Positions 61,178 through 64,000 of a stretch of 64,000 nt of DNA are shown piece after piece. The notes beneath the pieces are model-generated. The model was not told the origin of the DNA. It ran no database searches and saw only the letters and a list, made by a program, of their open reading frames with translations. The stretch lies in the NCBI GenBank assembly GCA_024679065.1, contig JAGIQG010000009.1, positions 72,354,001 through 72,418,000 on the forward strand. The letters are read 5' to 3'. Source of the stretch: Sphyrna mokarran. Its lineage: Eukaryota. Numbering within the stretch: position 1 is the stretch's first letter; every line of letters begins with the position of its first letter. The position numbers and the translations under genes were made by a program.

Positions 61178-61532
61178 TTTTTTATTCATTTGTGGGACAT
61201 GGACATCACTGGCTGACCAGCATTTATGGCCCATCTCTAGTTGCCGGAGGGTAGTTGAGAATCAACTACTTTGCTGTGGTTCTGGAGTCACATGTAGGCC
61301 ACACCAGGTAAAGATGGCAGATTTCCTTCTCTAAAGGACATTAGTGAACTAGATGGGGTTTTTTTTTCTAACAATTGGCAATGGTTTCATGGTCATCAGT
61401 AGATTCATAATTCCAGCTATTTTTTATTGAATTCAAATTCTACCATCTGCCGTAGCAGGATTCGAGCCTCAGAACATTAGCTGAGTTTCTAGATTAATAG
61501 TCCGGTAATAATGCCACCAGATCATTGCCTCC
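61178..61532 (-). mobile_element. MetaSINE (SlmI-like); further fragment at 61745-61878
   Basis: Antisense to 49933-50262. Confidence 0.85.
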
Positions 61533-61880
61533 CCTAATTTACATTTGTTGTAAATAAATGTAAACTTATTAGGAACACACATTGAGACCATTGCAGGTTC
61601 ATTGCCATCTACCTGGAACACAGCACTACCCACCAGTTGATTGGCAGGAGAGTGGGGAGGGGCGGGGGGTGGCAACACCTCCCATTACTACGTTGGCATC
61701 CCTGGCAAGTCCAGCAGGTGTTATCCACACCTTGGAAGGCCTGCTGAGCCATTGCAGAGGGCAATTAAGAGTTAACCACATTCCTTTGGGTCTGGAGTCA
61801 CATGTAGGCCAATCTGCATAAGGAAAGTAGATTTTGTTCCCTGAACGTATTATTGAACCAAATCATTCTTTAGAACAATA

Positions 61881-62334
61881 GGCCTTCGCAACACACAACA
61901 GCGCAGAGTTGCTGAGCAGAGACGGATAGCCAAGTTTTGCATACATGAGGATGGCCTCAACAGGGATCTTGAGTTCATGTCACACTATCTGTAACCCCCA
62001 TGACTTAACTGGACTTGTAAAATCTCACTAACTGTCCTGTTTGGTGACAATACACATCTCTTTAACCTCTACTTAATGCTCTCTCCACTCACATTGTCTG
62101 TATCTTTAAGACTTGATTACCTATTAAGACTTGCATTCCAATCATTATTTTGTAAACTTTGTGTCTTTATACACCCTGTTTGTGAATAGAACTCCCACTC
62201 ACCTGATAAAGGGGCAGTCAGCGTTCTGAAAGTTAGTGGCTTTTGCTACTAAATAAACCTGTTGGACTTTGACCTGGTGTTGTGAGACTTCTTACTGTGT
62301 TTAACCCAGTTCAATGCCAGCAGCTCCACATCAT
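61881..62334 (+). mobile_element. Penelope-like element 3' end (GIY-YIG C-terminus plus pLTR)
   Basis: 61881-61994 encodes GLRNTQQRRVAEQRRIAKFCIHEDGLNRDLEFMSHYL*; AATAAACCTGTTGG terminus. Confidence 0.88.
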
Positions 62335-62989
62335 TATCACATCATTACCAATCGAGTGACTTCTAATCAATGTGATGTTGTATCTTGTTAAATAAGTGGA
62401 GTGCAACATTAGCTAATTATGAAGGATATTTGGTATTGTGCAGGGGATTCGTAGTAGTCAAATTACATGCAAAAATTCTCGACAATGTCTATAATGTACC
62501 AAATTCAATGAAGCTAGGAACTGTTATTAACTGTTAGGGTTACTATTTCCCTGCCTTTAACCAACAGTTAATCTAAATCATTTCTGGAAACTTTTGACCT
62601 CACTTAATTCAGAACAAAAATCCTTTCTAAGTGTTAATAGCACAACCACACATCATACACCTGCCCATTGTCATACTGAGTCCAACATGAGGCAATGAAC
62701 TGTGTAATTGCTTTTGTCATGGGTAGCTAAGATTCGATTTTCAACAAGTGTAACAATTAGATGGATTTTGCATTCATGGTAACTATTAAAATACCATATT
62801 AACAAAAGCAATAAATCTGCTAAATGATTCATTCTTTACTTTTCTGAACTGTAGACTGATTTCCATCTCTGTAAATTCACCTGACTTATCCTTTATTGCC
62901 TTTAGACTCAACCATATTCCAATGCACTGTTGGCTGGTCTGCCCTTCATAAACTTTCATCAGAAATTCTGCCATCTGTCTTTTAAATGG

Positions 62990-63432
62990 CAGCAAGTCCA
63001 GTTCCCCTGTTACCCCTGAGCCGGGTGACTTACATTGGCTCCCAGTCGAGCAATGCCTTGACTTTGGAATTCTCACTCTTGATTTTCAAATCCCTCCATG
63101 GCATTTCCTCTCTCTGTCTTTGCTATCTCCTCTAGCCCAAACCATTCCAAAAATCTGTACACTTCTAATATTGGCCTGTGGTGCACTCCCAATTATAATT
63201 GTTCCACTATTGCTGGCTGCTTCTTTAGTTATCTTGGTCACAGCCTCTGGATTTGTCACTTCTGTTTTCATCTTGCTTTCCTCTTTCATGGCACTCTTTA
63301 TAGCCAGACTTCAGGTCACCTAACCTAATATCTTCTTATGTGGCTGTGTCAAACTTCATTTTATAATGCTCCTGTGAAGCACCTTGGCATGTTTCATTAC
63401 ATCAATGGCATGATTTGAGTTGTTGCTGCTGC
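62990..63432 (+). mobile_element. L2 LINE 3' fragment
   Basis: SPVTP...DLHWLPVEQCLDFGIL...FKSLHG and tail CCTGTGAAGCACCTTGG. Confidence 0.8.
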
Positions 63433-63740
63433 ATATGTAAAATTATAGTACAATAATGAGACACAAATTGAAGTTGTTGGAAGGAATTTTGAGGGCAATA
63501 TACTAGCTCCGTGCACTCATGTGGAGATCATCTTGGGGGATGCGTGGCATTGAAGAATTGTGAGGAAGGAGCCTACTGCATTTAGCACAGGCATAAACCC
63601 TCTTTGGGACCCTCCCCCATGTCTCAATGCCCATTGAACGTAGGAACTATATTAGCATATTTAAATATTCATTTATATATTTAAATATGCTTTGTCTGTT
63701 TCAAACTGGGTGCTCCCTGCTCCTTGGATTCTCCAACCCT

Positions 63741-64000
63741 TGGGCACAGCAAGGTGGCAGCGTGGTTAGCTCTGTTGTCTCACAGCACCAGGGACCCAGA
63801 TTCAATTCTCGACTTGGTCTGTGCAGTCTGCAGGTTTTCCCTGTGGCTGCATAGGTTTCTTCCAGGTGATCCTGTTTCCTCCCTGTCTGAAAGACGTGCT
63901 GGTCAGATGTATTGGCTATGCTAAATTCTCCTTCAGTGTACCTGAATAGGTGCCAGAGTGTGGCAGCTAAGGGATTTTCACAGTAACTTTATTGCAATGT
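63741..64000 (+). mobile_element. HE1-like V-SINE with an alternative (non-CR1) tail
   Basis: HE1 head and V-core, then GGGATTTTCACAGTAACTTTATTGCAATGT; the tail remnant also occurs antisense at 42900-42960. Confidence 0.8.

Overview
This is repeat-rich eukaryotic non-coding DNA, almost certainly from an elasmobranch. HE1-type V-SINEs, SlmI-like MetaSINEs, Deu-domain SINEs, shark-type CR1 LINEs and Penelope elements point to a shark, most likely a carcharhiniform; the taxon is my inference. I find no host protein-coding exon, tRNA, rRNA or CRISPR array that I can support. Every ORF with a recognisable product is transposon-derived: CR1 ORF2 reverse transcriptase, Gypsy gag/protease/RNaseH/integrase, Penelope GIY-YIG, RTE and L2. 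Four observations stand out. (1) Three copies of an apparent chimeric CR1 LINE family whose 3' UTR has captured an HE1/V-SINE and carries a shared branch point + polypyrimidine + CAG acceptor motif and hairpins (23.6-24.8 kb, 38.2-38.7 kb, 57.8-58.3 kb). (2) Two large degenerate palindromes in otherwise unique sequence (14.07-14.89 kb and 32.5-33.3 kb). (3) Short locally templated insertions with microhomology (22.2 kb, 36.1 kb). (4) Fold-back Penelope insertions with decayed hammerhead-ribozyme cores. All alignments were done by eye. Boundaries are approximate (about +/-10-30 bp unless a motif is quoted) and family names rest on recall, not database searches.
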